A DNA stretch of 64,000 nucleotides from NCBI RefSeq assembly GCF_009914755.1, contig NC_060947.1. The stretch is one strand, 5' to 3'. Both the position numbers and the translations under genes were made by a program. The DNA comes from the human T2T-CHM13v2.0 reference genome, Homo sapiens. Below, in pieces: positions 1-12,606 of the stretch. The notes below the pieces were generated by a model. The model was not told the DNA's origin. It made no database searches and was given only the letters and a program-made list of their open reading frames with translations. The first letter of the stretch is position 1. Every line of letters starts with the position of its first letter.

Positions 1-479
1 ATTCCAATTTCATAGGGGTAAACTTCAAAACCATGAGCAAAGTAGAAAACCATCCAGGTTTAAGATAAGCTCAGGAATTTTTAAGTAACAGGTAAATTAC
101 CTCAGATAAAAACTGCCAAGGGAAGAGGTAACCTCGCAGGAATGATGAGCTTGGAAGCATTTGCATTCAGACATTGACATTTTCCCAGATGTTTTTAATT
201 ATAATTATTTCCAGTACATTTGCAGGAGAAAGCCTAAAGCATACTTTCCGAGCTAATAGGAATTATGATTGGCAATCCTAGCAGCATCAGTTGGGGCTGA
301 AGTCTATCAACTATGGCTAGTCACATTTTCTGATGTTCAAGTCGTACAACTTCCCCACCCCATCCTCTTTCTGACTAGCTTTCTAACCCTTGTCCCACAC
401 CTAACCCTAGCCATGCATTCATATTATGGCACGCACCCACCATCCCCTCATCCCAAATCTCTCCTCAACCACAACCCCA

Positions 480-1145
480 ACTTTCTGCTTGCCTTAGCAG
501 CAGAATATTCTCTCCTCAGCCCACTCCAATCATGTTTCTGTCCCCACCTCTCCACTGAGGCCACTTTCAGGGCAGTCATTTATCCCACATTGCCAAGTCC
601 AATGCCAGTTTCTGATTCTCATTTTATTCCACCTTTCATCATTTTTCAACCTAGTTGGTCACACCCTTGTTTTTGAAACCCCTTTTGTGGCTTCCTTGGC
701 TACAGTTCCTGGTGTTCCGCCCCACCCCCCACTCCCCCATCTCCCAGGCCTGTTCTCTGTCTCCCTTGCTCATCTCCACTTTCCAAAAACCAGCCAGCAG
801 GAACTTTCTCAATGTGAATTCCACTTATATCACTCCCCTGCTTGACTCCTTCACAAATCTTCCGACTACACTTAGAATACAATTCCAACTCCTTAACTCA
901 GCCAGCAGGGCCCTCCATGACCTGAGTCCTAACTCCCTCCTAACTCTCTTGTACTACTTTATTCCTTACCTCCTCCCCTTCAGCCACACTGGCCTTTCCT
1001 GTGTTTCACCTATGCCAAGTGCATTCCCACATCACCAACAGTGCCCTAGCTTGACCCTCTACCTCAACTTCTCTGCCCTCTGATCTTCACATAGCAGGCT
1101 CCATCTTGTCTTTCAGAACTCAGCTCAAATGTCCCTTCCTCTGAA
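480..1145 (+). mobile_element. LINE-2 fragment
   Basis: CT-rich L2-like sequence with motifs cagccacactggcctttc and cagctcaaatgtcccttcctctgaaagg; accounts for ORFs 269..676 and 655..1083. Confidence 0.7.
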
Positions 1146-1432
1146 AGGCAAAAATCTGACCCGATCTGACATTGGGCTATTTAGAGTTATATTTATCCTA
1201 CTCAGTGTGATATCATAGCTAGGTTGAGAACTCTGATCTCCTATTTCCTATATCAGTGCTATTTCCATTATAATGTGCTACCACCTAATAGATACTGGCA
1301 TATAACTGGGGTATCTTGCAAGAGAAACTGTCTTGCATGATTTGTCTAACAGAAAAGCAAGTCAAAAGAGGCCAACTCTCTTCATCTTCACAGTTCCCTT
1401 AATGTACTCAAAAGATGACGAGAAGAGTTATA

Positions 1433-1842
1433 CAGATCTTCCTTGACTTTCAAAGTATATCTCCGTAAACCTATCATAAGTTGAAAAGTTGAAAATATTA
1501 TAAGTGGAAAATGCATTTAATATGCCTAATATACCAAACATCATGGCTTAGCCTAGCCTACCTTAAAGGAACTCAGAACACTTACATTAGCCTATAGTTG
1601 GGCGAAAGCATCTGGCAACACAGTCCACTGAAGAGTATCAATTGTTTACTTTCATGATTACATACCTGACTAGAAGCTGTAGCTTGCTGCTGCTTCCAGC
1701 ATTATCAGAGATCATCACACAGTATGTCACTAGCCCAAGAAATATTTAAACTTCTAAGTACAGTTTTTGCTAAATGTGTATCACTTTCACATCATCCTGA
1801 AGTAGACAAATCTTAAGTTGATTTTAAGTTGAGGGCTTTCTG
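1433..1842. mobile_element. Tigger2-family (MER8/MER28/Tigger2a-like) non-autonomous TcMar DNA transposon
   Basis: TA|CAG...CTG|TA termini; internal gcttagcctagcctaccttaaa...ctcagaacacttacattagcctatagttgggc recalled as typical of Tigger2 derivatives. Confidence 0.7.
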
Positions 1843-2006
1843 TAGTTCTAAGAGGTGATTTGGGAATGGGGGAGAGAGTAGGGAGGATATGAGAATTTAG
1901 AGCAAATACTATTCTGTTTTCTCTTTATTTTATCAACATCCATATTGGTGGGGGAGATCAGATTTGTAACTAAAGAGTCACAATTGGTAACTAAAAAGTT
2001 ACAAAT

Positions 2007-2434
2007 TGTGTTGTCTTTGTTTTCTGTTTCTTATAACAGAATACCTAAACTGAGTAATTTATAAAGAAAATGAATTTATTTCTTACAGTTATGGAGGCTA
2101 ATAAGCCCAAAGTCAAGGGGCTGCATTTGGTGAGGGCCTTCTTGCTGGTGGGGACTCTCTGTAGAGTCCCAAGGTGGTGGAGGATATCACATGGTGAGAG
2201 GCCTGAGTGGCCCAGCTCAAGTCTCTCTTCCTCTTCTTAATAAAGCCGCCAGTTCCCCTCCCATGACAACCCATTAATCCACTTACCCATCAATCTCTGA
2301 ATGAATCAATCCATTCATGAGGGCAGAGCCCTCATGACACAATCACCTATTAAAGAACCCAACTCTCAATACTGCCACATTGAGGATTAACTTTCAACAT
2401 GACTTTTGGAAGGGACAAACATTCAAACCATAGC
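2007..2434 (-). mobile_element. MaLR solo LTR (MST/MLT1A type)
   Basis: Begins with reverse complement of MaLR 3' end (ataacagaatacctaaactgagtaatttataaag); ends aaacattcaaaccatagca. Confidence 0.85.
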
Positions 2435-4559
2435 ATGTGCATATGAGACTAAGGAAGGGAAGTGCCACCCAATCTCCCTTGATAACAGGGAGGTGTCATC
2501 ACAAATTAGTCTGGAGCAGTATCTGAGAATTAGGTGGATTTTAGCATCAGGACAAGGTAGAGTCATTTTTCCCTAGCTGGCTGACTCTCTATATCAGTTC
2601 TTCACCAGGGAGAATACCCTAGTCTTTCCTCTCCTCATCCACCGCTTTTCTCTTCTAAATTAAAGTTCAGGTCTAATCCTTATAAAGCTCCGACTATGCC
2701 TGGTCCAGAAATCTAGAAAGAGAATTATGAACCAACAATTGTCAGTGATGGGGCAGGTTGGAGACATGGACAGAATATATGCAGTCCTCCCACCTATGAC
2801 CATGCTTCAGAGGTTTCTGAGCAGAGAAAATATTCTAAGATACAAAAATAAAACACAAGCTGTTGTCCTGCGAGAAGGTGAGCAACAGACTAAATTAATA
2901 CATTCTACTGATGATAATAACAATAAGGACAGCTACTGTTGATTGAGCATCTACTGGGTACCTGTCAGGTTCTGTGGTTAGTGCTTTACACATAGTATGT
3001 AATTTTATTACCCTTATAATAACCCCAGGGATCAGATACGGCTTGTCAGGAAAACAGAGCTACTCTTTATTTCAATTGGAAAGGTTGAATATAGAGAATT
3101 AGAAGCTTCTCAACCTTTGGAAATGCTAGGAGAGTGAAAGTCAGGAAGGTCACTTTTCATAAATCTAAAAGGGAGAGATCCCAAGAAGGTCACTGTGATG
3201 ATCTCAGCTGCTGAAGCACTTCAGTGGGGTAGTTTCCAGAGGAGCTTTTGGGGTCAAGCAAAGGAAAGATGCTGCAAATGAGCCAGCTTTCTTTTCTCTT
3301 TTGCCTTTCGAAACTCATACAAGTCCCACTCACTGGCAGATTTAACCCAGCGTCATGCTGGAAAAAGATTCTGTGAAATGTTCCTCCAGATTTCTCCCCT
3401 GTGAGACAGAGAAATTTTAGAGAAGGTTGGGGATGATGCTTGGTAGACAACGATCGAACTCACTTATAGGCATCTTGATCCGTATTTACAGATGAGAAAA
3501 CTGAGTAGATTTCCAAGGTCACACAGCTAGAAAGTAGTAGAGGTAAGCCCAAGCTCTGCTGACTTTGTCAAGCTGACTTTTCCAAAGAGAAGACTAGACA
3601 GTTAGCCTTGACTAAGACCTCGATATCAGAGGCTGTGGGAACCCCGAACGGGAACAAAATACAATCCATTCTCTTAAGGATCTTAGTCTTGTGAAGTTGT
3701 GGAGAAAGAAAACTGAATTAGAAACATGGCAAAGTAGGATGCAAGTTCAAAGGAATGAAGATTTTTTTGTGTGAAATGTGAGTTTTCCTTAGTCGAGCTA
3801 AACACGGGGTCATTATATGTGCCAGTTGCCCAGGATAATACTAGTATATATCTATTGTCCTAGAGTTTAGCCTTTGTCCTGGTGATTTCTTTTAGTGAAG
3901 AAATAATAATAAATAAATATTATTAATACTTGCATTAAAATATATTAGGATATGTTTGGTATCCTCTACGAATCCAGCTTCTGCTGTGTTTTCCTCTGGT
4001 AGTGCAAGAGCGGAATATATGTGCAGAGCACAGAATTCTCACTTTAACACATTGTTAAATCTGAAAGATGATCATCTCTGCTGATCCATGACTAACACTT
4101 CCCTTTCAAGGAAACCCTGCAGCACACTTACTGCTAAAATGAAGTGCTCTCTGACATGAGGTGCTAAAGATAGCTACCTCCTCTGGTTTCAAATGGTATA
4201 GTACAACTATTTATTTCTGTTGATCTAGCTGGCCATTGTATGTAGCAACTCAGTTGTGCTGTGGTCCAAGTCTTGACCTGTAAGCTGCTCAAAGCAGGAT
4301 ATGTTAAGTGTACATAAAATATGTGTGGAAAGCAGTGACAGCAGTCTTGCTGTAGAACATATGGAAAGTTATCTGATCACTCTTGCTACAGTGGATCCGT
4401 CCTTTGCTATGCGGTGTAAATGTACAATTATTTATTTTATTGTTTGACAATGTTGCTTTTTATTTCACAATAACCCCTTGAGAAATAATACACTCAAAAA
4501 ATAGAATTTCATGTTTGATGAAAAACTAAGTACCAAATTTCCATTTTTCAAGAAAATTG

Positions 4560-5400
4560 AGGATTAGTGGGAAATATGCACAAAATGCTTACTGACATTT
4601 ACAATCTGCCATGGGAGACAAAGTGATATCAATGCCCACCTGACAACCAGAAGAAACAAATAGGATGAGATGCATCAGTATCTACTTCAAAAGTTAGTGT
4701 TTTAAGAAGACTCTGCCCAAAGAAGACATGTAGCTGCAGAAGGTAGGTTTACATATCGCTCTGTGAAGCATGGTTTTCACTTAGATCATTAGACTGTTCT
4801 TAATTAATGCAACTCATTTTTCATTCGCAATTTTCTAGTGCTTTAAGGAAAAGTAAAGGTACAGCTGTTAATGTGTTGGTTCCATTAGCAGGAGAACTTC
4901 TCAAAGAATTAAAAGATGCTAGATGAATCTGGGTCATTCGAAGTTTCAAATAGAATATCCAAAAATTATTTGATTTCTTTCATCCAATTCATGGAGTCAA
5001 TGTAAAACTTTGGAAGTTAATGATGGAGAAATACCTGACTTTATTGTGAATGTTATGGCAAATTCAATTAATTTCAACAATTATTTCAACACTGAAGATA
5101 AAATATTTGCTTTTGAAGTAGCAATACAAATACAGAATATAGGTGGAGCACAGTATTACTGTAAAAATATTGTTTTTACTAATTTAAGAAGAAAGCAAGG
5201 AAGCAAAAATGAACTTTGATTTATTTGTGGTGCACACACAATTCATATGTACATAAAGAAGTTGGATGTCTCTTGTTGAAATAGAAGCTGTACTTGTTAA
5301 GATGTACAAATATTTTATATACACACGGTTACATACGTCAACTACATTTTCAGCAAGAAGCTAATTTGAATACCAAAAATTTGGCCTAAAATATTTACAA
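4560..5400 (+). mobile_element. Decayed hAT transposase fossil (Zaphod/Arthur/Tip100-like)
   Basis: Frameshifted peptide fragments VKHGF..., DGEIPDFIVNVMANSI and ICGAHTIH (CxxH motif of hAT transposases) at about 5223-5246. Confidence 0.55.
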
Positions 5401-5843
5401 AATTAAATATAAAAAAATAAGAATTGAGATTATCCTTTATTTAGCAGAAGTTTCTCTGAACTGACCAGAAACCTCAGCACCTATGGAAATTGTATTTTCT
5501 CCACTAAAATTATTATTGTGACCCACAGAAAAGAGGTCATCAAAGATGTCAGTAGGACTCTCTCTTCATTCCCTGCCTCTGGCCTTCTTAGCTCATTTGC
5601 TTCAGTCTTCTTTTGCTACAAACTCTGTCTTCATATAACAAAAATCATGGCAACCAACGTTCCTAAGTTTTCTATTTCATACCTTCAGCCATTTGGTGAT
5701 TTTCTGAGTTTCAAATCTAAACCTCTAAGAGAGCGGATTCATTGGTAAAGATTACGCATGTGCTTCTGGCCACTCAACACAGGATGTCATTGCACAGCCA
5801 TGTGGAGGGCTGTGAAAGAGGTATTCCCAGAAAAGGAGCCTTT

Positions 5844-5921
5844 AGGTGTCCAGTATACTACATGGGTGTCCAGTATACTACATAGGTGTCCAGTATACTA
5901 CATAGTGTTCAGTATACTGCA
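5844..5921. repeat. Minisatellite, about 4 x 20-bp unit GGTGTCCAGTATACTACAT(A/G)
   Basis: Directly visible tandem copies; last copy degenerate. Confidence 0.9.
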
Positions 5922-6014
5922 GACCACAGTGCCAATCCCAGATATAGGGAAATCAGGAGGAGGAGGTGGTTTGAGATGGACGGGGAGACGATAAACATTT
6001 TGCCCATCTCAACT

Positions 6015-6385
6015 ATTTATTACTAAATTTTTCAGACATATAAATGAATTCCATAATGATACAATGAGCAACTCTTTATAGGAGCCATCTAGATTCAATA
6101 ATTTTTAATGTTGTGTTATATTTGCGTTAAGTTCCAATATGTTTGTGCGTGTGTCTGTTTTCTAAACTATTTAAAAGTAAGTTGCAGACATCATGGCACT
6201 TTACTCCTCAATATTTCAGCATGTATCTTGTAAGAATAAAGATGTTTTCTTACAAATCTATAATACCATTATCACACCTAAAAATTAACAATTATCCCCT
6301 AATATCATATTTAATCCACATTCAAATGTATTCAATAATGTCTTCTATAGCCATTTTTAAAACACGGATCCAATCGAGTATGATT
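6015..6385 (-). mobile_element. Old L1 (L1MC/ME) 3' end fragment
   Basis: aaagtaagttgcagacatcatggcactttactcctcaatatttcagcatgtatct motif typical of old L1M 3' UTRs. Confidence 0.65.
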
Positions 6386-8379
6386 TTATGTTTAGATATG
6401 GACTTTAAGATAACTGTTCAAATTTAGATGTTCAGCAGACAGGTGTAAATGCAGGCCTGGAGTTCAAAAGACAGTTGACGGTAGTTAGAAAGGACATTAG
6501 AGAATGACAGGTTTCCACAAGAGAGAAGAGAAAAAAGATGAGAAACTAGTGAATTGAATATCAGTGAATCAAAGGAAGGGAAGAAGTGGCTAAGAGTACT
6601 AAACACTGCAAATCAGATTAGCTTTGAGGAAAAATGCCTTGACTTGGCAAGTCAGATCCAATGGGGAGCAGTTTTCCTAACAGAGGAAGTTAAATTATAA
6701 GGAGTTTAGTATAAGTGAGTTATGAAGAACTGGAACTGCGAGTGTAGTCTCCTGTCCAGAAGTTTCAAGTTGAAAGAGAGTGAAGAGGTTAAATGGAACA
6801 GAAGTTCTTGACTTTTTCAACACAGTGAGCCCTTTTCATTTTTCTCTCCCCACCCCAGCACCACTACCTTGGAGGCAATGTTTTAAAAGACAGTTTATTA
6901 ATAACGGAGTTCATAATTTTTCTTAATCAGGGTTAGCTGCCCATTAAAGCTCCTCAAAATCACAGATTAGACTTCCCTTGAAGGAAAGGATCCGTAGACA
7001 GTATAATGAGCCTTGCCAAAAGAAAAATATGTTTTTCTCCAAGACACAAAGAAATGAAGAGAGAGACAAAGAAATGTTGAAGTAGAGAGGGTGCTTGTAG
7101 AGACAAATGTTGTAAGCCATGTAAGCCATAAGCGGGAGAGAAAAGAACTTGAGGGAACACTAGTCAGAGAACCTCAAGCTAAGTCGTGTGATGACAGCAG
7201 GGAATGCAGGGATGCACTGGAAACTTGAAATATATAGAAAAGAACTAGAATAGCTGCTGAGTCAACTCTAAGAGAGTAGAAAGATTGGTAAAGTAGCCTG
7301 TTTTAATTCAACTACGATTCATTGAGCACTTATGCTCCAGGCATTCTGACAGACACTAGGTTACAAAGATACACAGTCCAGATTCGCCCTCCTTTCTAAC
7401 AAGTACCTTCCTACATGACAACACACTCTTCCGCTTTTTCTCCTGCTTCTCTTCCCTCCTTCTCAATCCCCTTTGAGGACTCCTTTACTTCTGTGGTTTC
7501 CTTAAAATTTAAGTCTTAAATAATATTGGACACCAAGTTTCCATCGTAGGCCACCTTCTCTTCTCACTTTATGCATTATCTTTAGGTGATCACATACACT
7601 CATACTGCTTCAAGTAGAAACCTTCTATTGTTGACTGCCAAATCTGTCTTTAATCCTCTCTCAAGGGCCAGACTCATATGTAATGAAGGGAAACAAATGG
7701 ATACTTAAAATCAAAACTAACTGTGGCCATTTCCTTTCTAGGAGGCATCATTCATATCACTGGAAAAATAACTCTCTGTACTCCTCCCAGGATCTATATA
7801 TCTCTATTAATTGCATGATACGGTGGGAGGTTTTGCTTTACTTTCCTTTGTTTTGCTTTACTTTCCTTTGTTTTGCTTTTGTTTGTTTGTTCCTATTGCT
7901 AGGAGGGAAACAGGCAAGGAAAGAAGGCAAAGCAATTCAGGAGGAGGTTGGAGCCCAGGTTGGCAGAAATGGCTACTCAAGAACAAGTATGATGGTTACT
8001 CATTTATAAATTGTACTTCATTGCTGCCACCCAAACTTCTTTCATCTCCGTACATCATGAGTGAAGCCCTGCTGCATACACAATGGCCTTGTGTGATTGG
8101 GTTTTTGGTTTGAGTTTTGTGAAAATTAAGGGAAAGAAACTGAATTCAACAGCTGGGTTGATGTGGCATAAAACAAGAATGAGGAGATGCTCCATCAACT
8201 CAACTAATTCAACAGCAGCCAGAATTGAGGTTTACAGGCAATGAGGGAAAACATTAATCACCCCCTCCAGAATCTGTAAAGACTTTGGGAAGGAATTGAA
8301 GTTCTCACTATATGTGGGATGAGATTTCAATCATTTCCATTTAAACCTCAAAGGCAGTATAGCTCAGCAAACCCTGGAT

Positions 8380-9365
8380 ATACACAAATCCAACTGACTA
8401 CAGGATATCCCCACTTGGACACTGCCAGAGAGACATCAGTTGTAGCATGGCCACACCAGACTTCATGTTCTCACACTCACCCTTGCAAACTGTTCCACCT
8501 GCAGTTTTCTGTATGTTAGTGAAAGGCAGGTACCACCATTCACCCAGTTATCCACATCACTTCTCCTTATCCCTGTCCCCTTACGTCCTATCAGTCACTA
8601 AAGCTTATTGGTTTTTACCTCCTAAATATCTATCAAATTCTGCCTCCCACCCTTCACTCCCTTGCTTCAGGCCACCAGTGTCCCCAGCCAAGGCCTCATC
8701 TCATGGCCTCCATTCTCATTCTCCCACATCCCCTTCTCTATGCAGAAGCCAAAGTGATTTTTCCAAAATGCAGCCAGATCATGTCACTCACTCCCCTGCA
8801 TAAAACCTTTCAATGGTCTCTTATTGTCCTTGGGATAAAATAAAGTCCAACTTCCTCAGGTCCTTTTTGATCTATTCCTATTGGCCTCTCTACCTTTATC
8901 ATGGTTCCCTCTTTCACCGGGACTTTTTACATCTATTGCACAGAACTACTTTTAGTTCCGGGACTACTTCATGCTCTTCCTTTCACCTCTTGCATTTTGC
9001 ACAGGCTGCCTCCTCTGAAATAGCTGCCGTGTCAACTATAAGAGAATAGAAGTCAGATTAGCAAGTTTGCCTGTTTCAGCCTAGATGCCATTTCTTCCAA
9101 GAACACTTCCCTGACTCTCCCTTTAACTAGTCCAGGTTATGTGGCTCTCCTGAAGGTTTTCTTAGCATCTTGTGCTTCCCCTATCATGTTCCTTACTGCA
9201 CTCACATTAATTGCCTGTTTATTTGTTTATCTCTCTTACCAGCTTGTAAGCTCCATGAAAGCAGGGATCATGTCTGTCCATCTGGTTCACAGCTATATCC
9301 CTACCATATAGCACAAATCCTGGCTTATAAAAGCCAAGAAATAAAATCTTTACTAAATGAATAAC
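8380..9365 (+). mobile_element. LINE-2 3' portion
   Basis: gatcatgtcactcactcccctgc, gtaagctccatgaaagcaggga and terminal aaatgaat. Confidence 0.8.
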
Positions 9366-9999
9366 TAATATGCATGAAACATCTTGTAGTTTATGAAGTG
9401 CCTTATCTCATTTTAACTTCACCACCTTGTGAAAAAGATATTGTCATCACCTCAAAGCAAAGCTCTACGTTGTTTTATATTTAAGTCCAACATAGACTAC
9501 ATCTGTGAAGTTTTATTTAATTTGGGTAAGTACTATCTAAAACATTAATAAGATTTTTAGACAACTTTAGAAGAAATTAGTCTTATATCAATCTTTCAAA
9601 ATAGTATAATAACTAACTGCTAATAAAGTGTCTCATATAGGAAAGGTCACCCTGTTAGATGTCCTTAAATAAATATAGGTCATTCTGCTGTGCAGAGCAG
9701 AATATTTTTGCATTCATAAATGTTGTGCTAAAGTCCCACAAAACACCTAATACTCTTAAGTGGATTAAACATGCCTCCTATGATCTGATTTATACAGTGA
9801 ATGTGCCAAGCAAAACCTTTCTCCATAGAGAGATCAGATTGTAAACTTCAGTTGAACTCTGAAGAAATTGTCATAAATTCCAAACTAGTGGATGCCAAAT
9901 TAATGACATTTTGCTTTAAGCTCTTCTCATGGAAGGGCCAGCCAATCTTTGTAGACATTTTCAATGTATCAACAATGTTCTAAAATCAGACTTTTTAAT

Positions 10000-10290
10000 C
10001 TAGAAGCCACTAGACACATGTAGCAGAGCACTTGAAATGTAGCTAGTGAGAATGAGGAATCAGATGTTTAATTTCACACCGCCTTAAGTAATTTAAATTT
10101 AAAAACTGAAGCAGTGTGATTTTTATACTGATTATATGCTAAAATGAAAATATTTTTGATATGCTGAGTTAACTAAAATATTAAACTATTACAATTACTT
10201 TTGTCTACTTCTAGTTCTCTTAATGTGACTACTGTAAAATTTTAAATACCATAATGGCCCATATTACATTTCTATTGGGCTTCACTGTTC
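10000..10290. mobile_element. MER3/MER33 (hAT-Charlie) MITE
   Basis: gccactagacacatgtagc...cacttgaaatgtagctagtg...atattacatttctattgg. Confidence 0.7.
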
Positions 10291-10769
10291 TAAAACATGC
10301 TCTAATATGCAATCAGATAGGAGAAAGACACGTACAATTTATGTAAAATGGCACTGATAATTTTATAATACTGTGTTATTTATCACTGATAGGAAGTTAA
10401 ACTATTTGAAGTAGATGGTTTCCTAACATCTAGAAAATGATAATGTCATTTTCTAGACCCGTGATAATGTCATGCTATAAAGCATATTCTGGGAAAGGGT
10501 AACTGAGCATTTACTAAATTATACTACCACATTACTTATCCAGATTTGTCTTTTTTTTTCAAAGAAGCAGAAATTGTTTGATTGTTGTAGCTGTTTTTTT
10601 GTTTGTTTGTTGGTTGTTGGTTTTTATGTCTGAAATCTTACCTGGAACTTCAATGCATACAATGATGTAAAAGGATACTGCTCTGGTTAAAATGCAAGTA
10701 AAGATTCCAGAGCTGTCATCATTGGTCTCCCTCTGCCACAACCCATGACCCTAACACTGCAACCTACAA

Positions 10770-10806
10770 CCACACACACACACACACACACTCCTCTCTC
10801 TCTCTT
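10770..10806. repeat. (CA)n-(CT)n microsatellite
   Basis: Visible dinucleotide run. Confidence 0.9.
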
Positions 10807-11030
10807 CTTGATGGCCTCTGACACCTCTTCAGAATGCAGGGCTCTGCAGTAATAAATAGTGTGACCAATACCGCTCTAGAACACAGCCTAGAATCAAGAA
10901 GGAAACAAAGAGAGGCCCTGAGCATTCAAATGAGGTGTGTCAACATTCAGATACTCCCATTCCCACACTTCTCTTCATTAGTACTCTCAGCCACCTTACA
11001 AAATCTGTTCATTCCTTCTTCTTGCATACA

Positions 11031-11321
11031 TTTTTTTTGGACAGAATCTTGCTCTGTCTCCCAGTCTAGAGTGGAGTGGCATAATCTTGGCTCACAGCAA
11101 CCTCTGCCTCTTGGGCTCAAGGAATCCTCCCACTTCAGCCTCCTGAGTAGCTGGGACTACAGGCACATGCACCACCACGTTCGGCTATTTTTTGTATTTT
11201 TTATAGAGACAGGGTTTTGCCATGTTGCCCAGGTCAGTCTGAAACTGCTGAGCTCAAACAATCCACCTGCCTCAGCCTCCCAAAGTGCTGGGATTACAAG
11301 CGTGAGCCACCATGCCCAGCC
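11031..11321 (-). mobile_element. Alu (AluJ-like), full length
   Basis: Both monomers present; 12-bp TSD ttcttgcataca at 11019-11030 and 11322-11333. Confidence 0.95.
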
Positions 11322-11589
11322 TTCTTGCATACACAGTTCTAACATGCTTGGTTATAGTTTCTCAATGCATAAACATGAGCTGTAGGAAATAAAAAGATAG
11401 GCCTTGTGGAATGATGGATGTGGGGAGTGTGAGGGAATTGTGCAAAGAGAAGGAGAAAAAGGGAAGAGATTATTGGAACAAACAGGAACAGTGGTAGTTC
11501 TAAGTAATGAAAGCAAGACAGAGAAAGAACTTTCCAAAGCAGGTACCAGAATTCATGTAGAGTGACAGACTGGGGCCAGTGAGTATTCG

Positions 11590-11802
11590 GCAGTGCAATC
11601 TTGGCTCACTGCAACCTCCGCCTCCTGCCTTCCGGGTTCAAGAGATTCTCCCGCCTCAGCCTCTGGAGTAGCTGGGACTACAGGCATGTGCCACCACACC
11701 CGGCTAATTTTTCTATTTTTAGTAAGACAGGGTTTCGCCATGTTAGCCAGCCTGGTCTCGAACTCCTGACCTCAGATGATCCACCTGCCTCAGCCTCCCA
11801 AA
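11590..11802 (-). mobile_element. Internal Alu fragment (AluS-like) lacking both ends
   Basis: Runs gcagtgcaatcttggctcactgcaacc...cctcagcctcccaaa; no poly(T) tail or TSD seen. Confidence 0.9.
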
Positions 11803-12467
11803 CTGTCCCATACTTCTTAATAGATCCTCAGGAGAGCTCTGTGCCAGGACACAATAAAATCATTGATGCTCATATTCACCCTGAAGCTTTGAAGAAAGAA
11901 CCAGTATGGATATTCTGTTCAATGAAGAAGGTGGAGGAGTATACAATTCATTCAAGCAGATAGCCATAAAATAGGCTAAAATAAACCAAACTTTGATATT
12001 TAAAGGATAGCATCCAGCCACCTAAATAGCTCAGATATGTGAAATAGCTCATTTTGTACCAGAGATTGACATATTAGGTGTTATGAGGAAGGAAGGGAAC
12101 CCCCATGGATTACAACATATAACTAACATACATCTCCAAACAAGCAACATGTGCTTGAAAGTATTTCATGCCTGCGGACTGTAAAACTTGGAAAATAAAC
12201 AGATTTGCTCTTGTAATTCATCGATCTCATATAGATATAAACCAAGTCTGTGTTCTGGCAAGCATTTCCTAAATTAAAGCAATTGTCTGGGAGCTGTCAC
12301 AGTGGACTCATGTAATATAACAGACATCTTTCAAGGCTAGTGGGGTAAGGGAAAGATGGGAGCAATCATACAAGACCCAACAGGGAGACCATTTGGGAAC
12401 GGAAAAATGCACACAGGGAAAGTAGTAGCAGCTTCCTTGTTAAGACAAAATCATTACGGATCCTTAC

Positions 12468-12606
12468 CTTCAGCCGTGGAGCACAGCAGACCCCCACAGC
12501 TGTTGGCATAGAAGGAATGTATTCAAGACGCAAAGTATCCTTCAGACGGTGCTTACTGTTCTTTCCCACTGGGAGTGTCCTGAACATGTAGGTGCTGTTA
12601 CACAAC
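12468..12606 (-). pseudogene. Exon remnant (LCNSTYMFRTLPVGKNSKHRLKDTLRLEYIPSMPTAVGVCCAPRLK)
   Basis: Strong donor AAG|GTAAGG at 12467/12468; open frame ending in phase 0; acceptor uncertain. Confidence 0.5.

Noticed and set aside
269-1083. 135-aa and 142-aa L/P/S-rich ORFs (also 8447..8803 and 45103..45432)
   Set aside because: Stop-poor CT-rich L2 sequence
5844-5921. Palindrome-containing direct repeats as a CRISPR-like array
   Set aside because: No unique spacers, no cas genes, eukaryotic context
10834-11385. Longest ORF (183 aa) and other ORFs with [19 protein letters not shown] motifs (11601, 15827, 29075, 56889, 59152)
   Set aside because: Translations of Alu sequence
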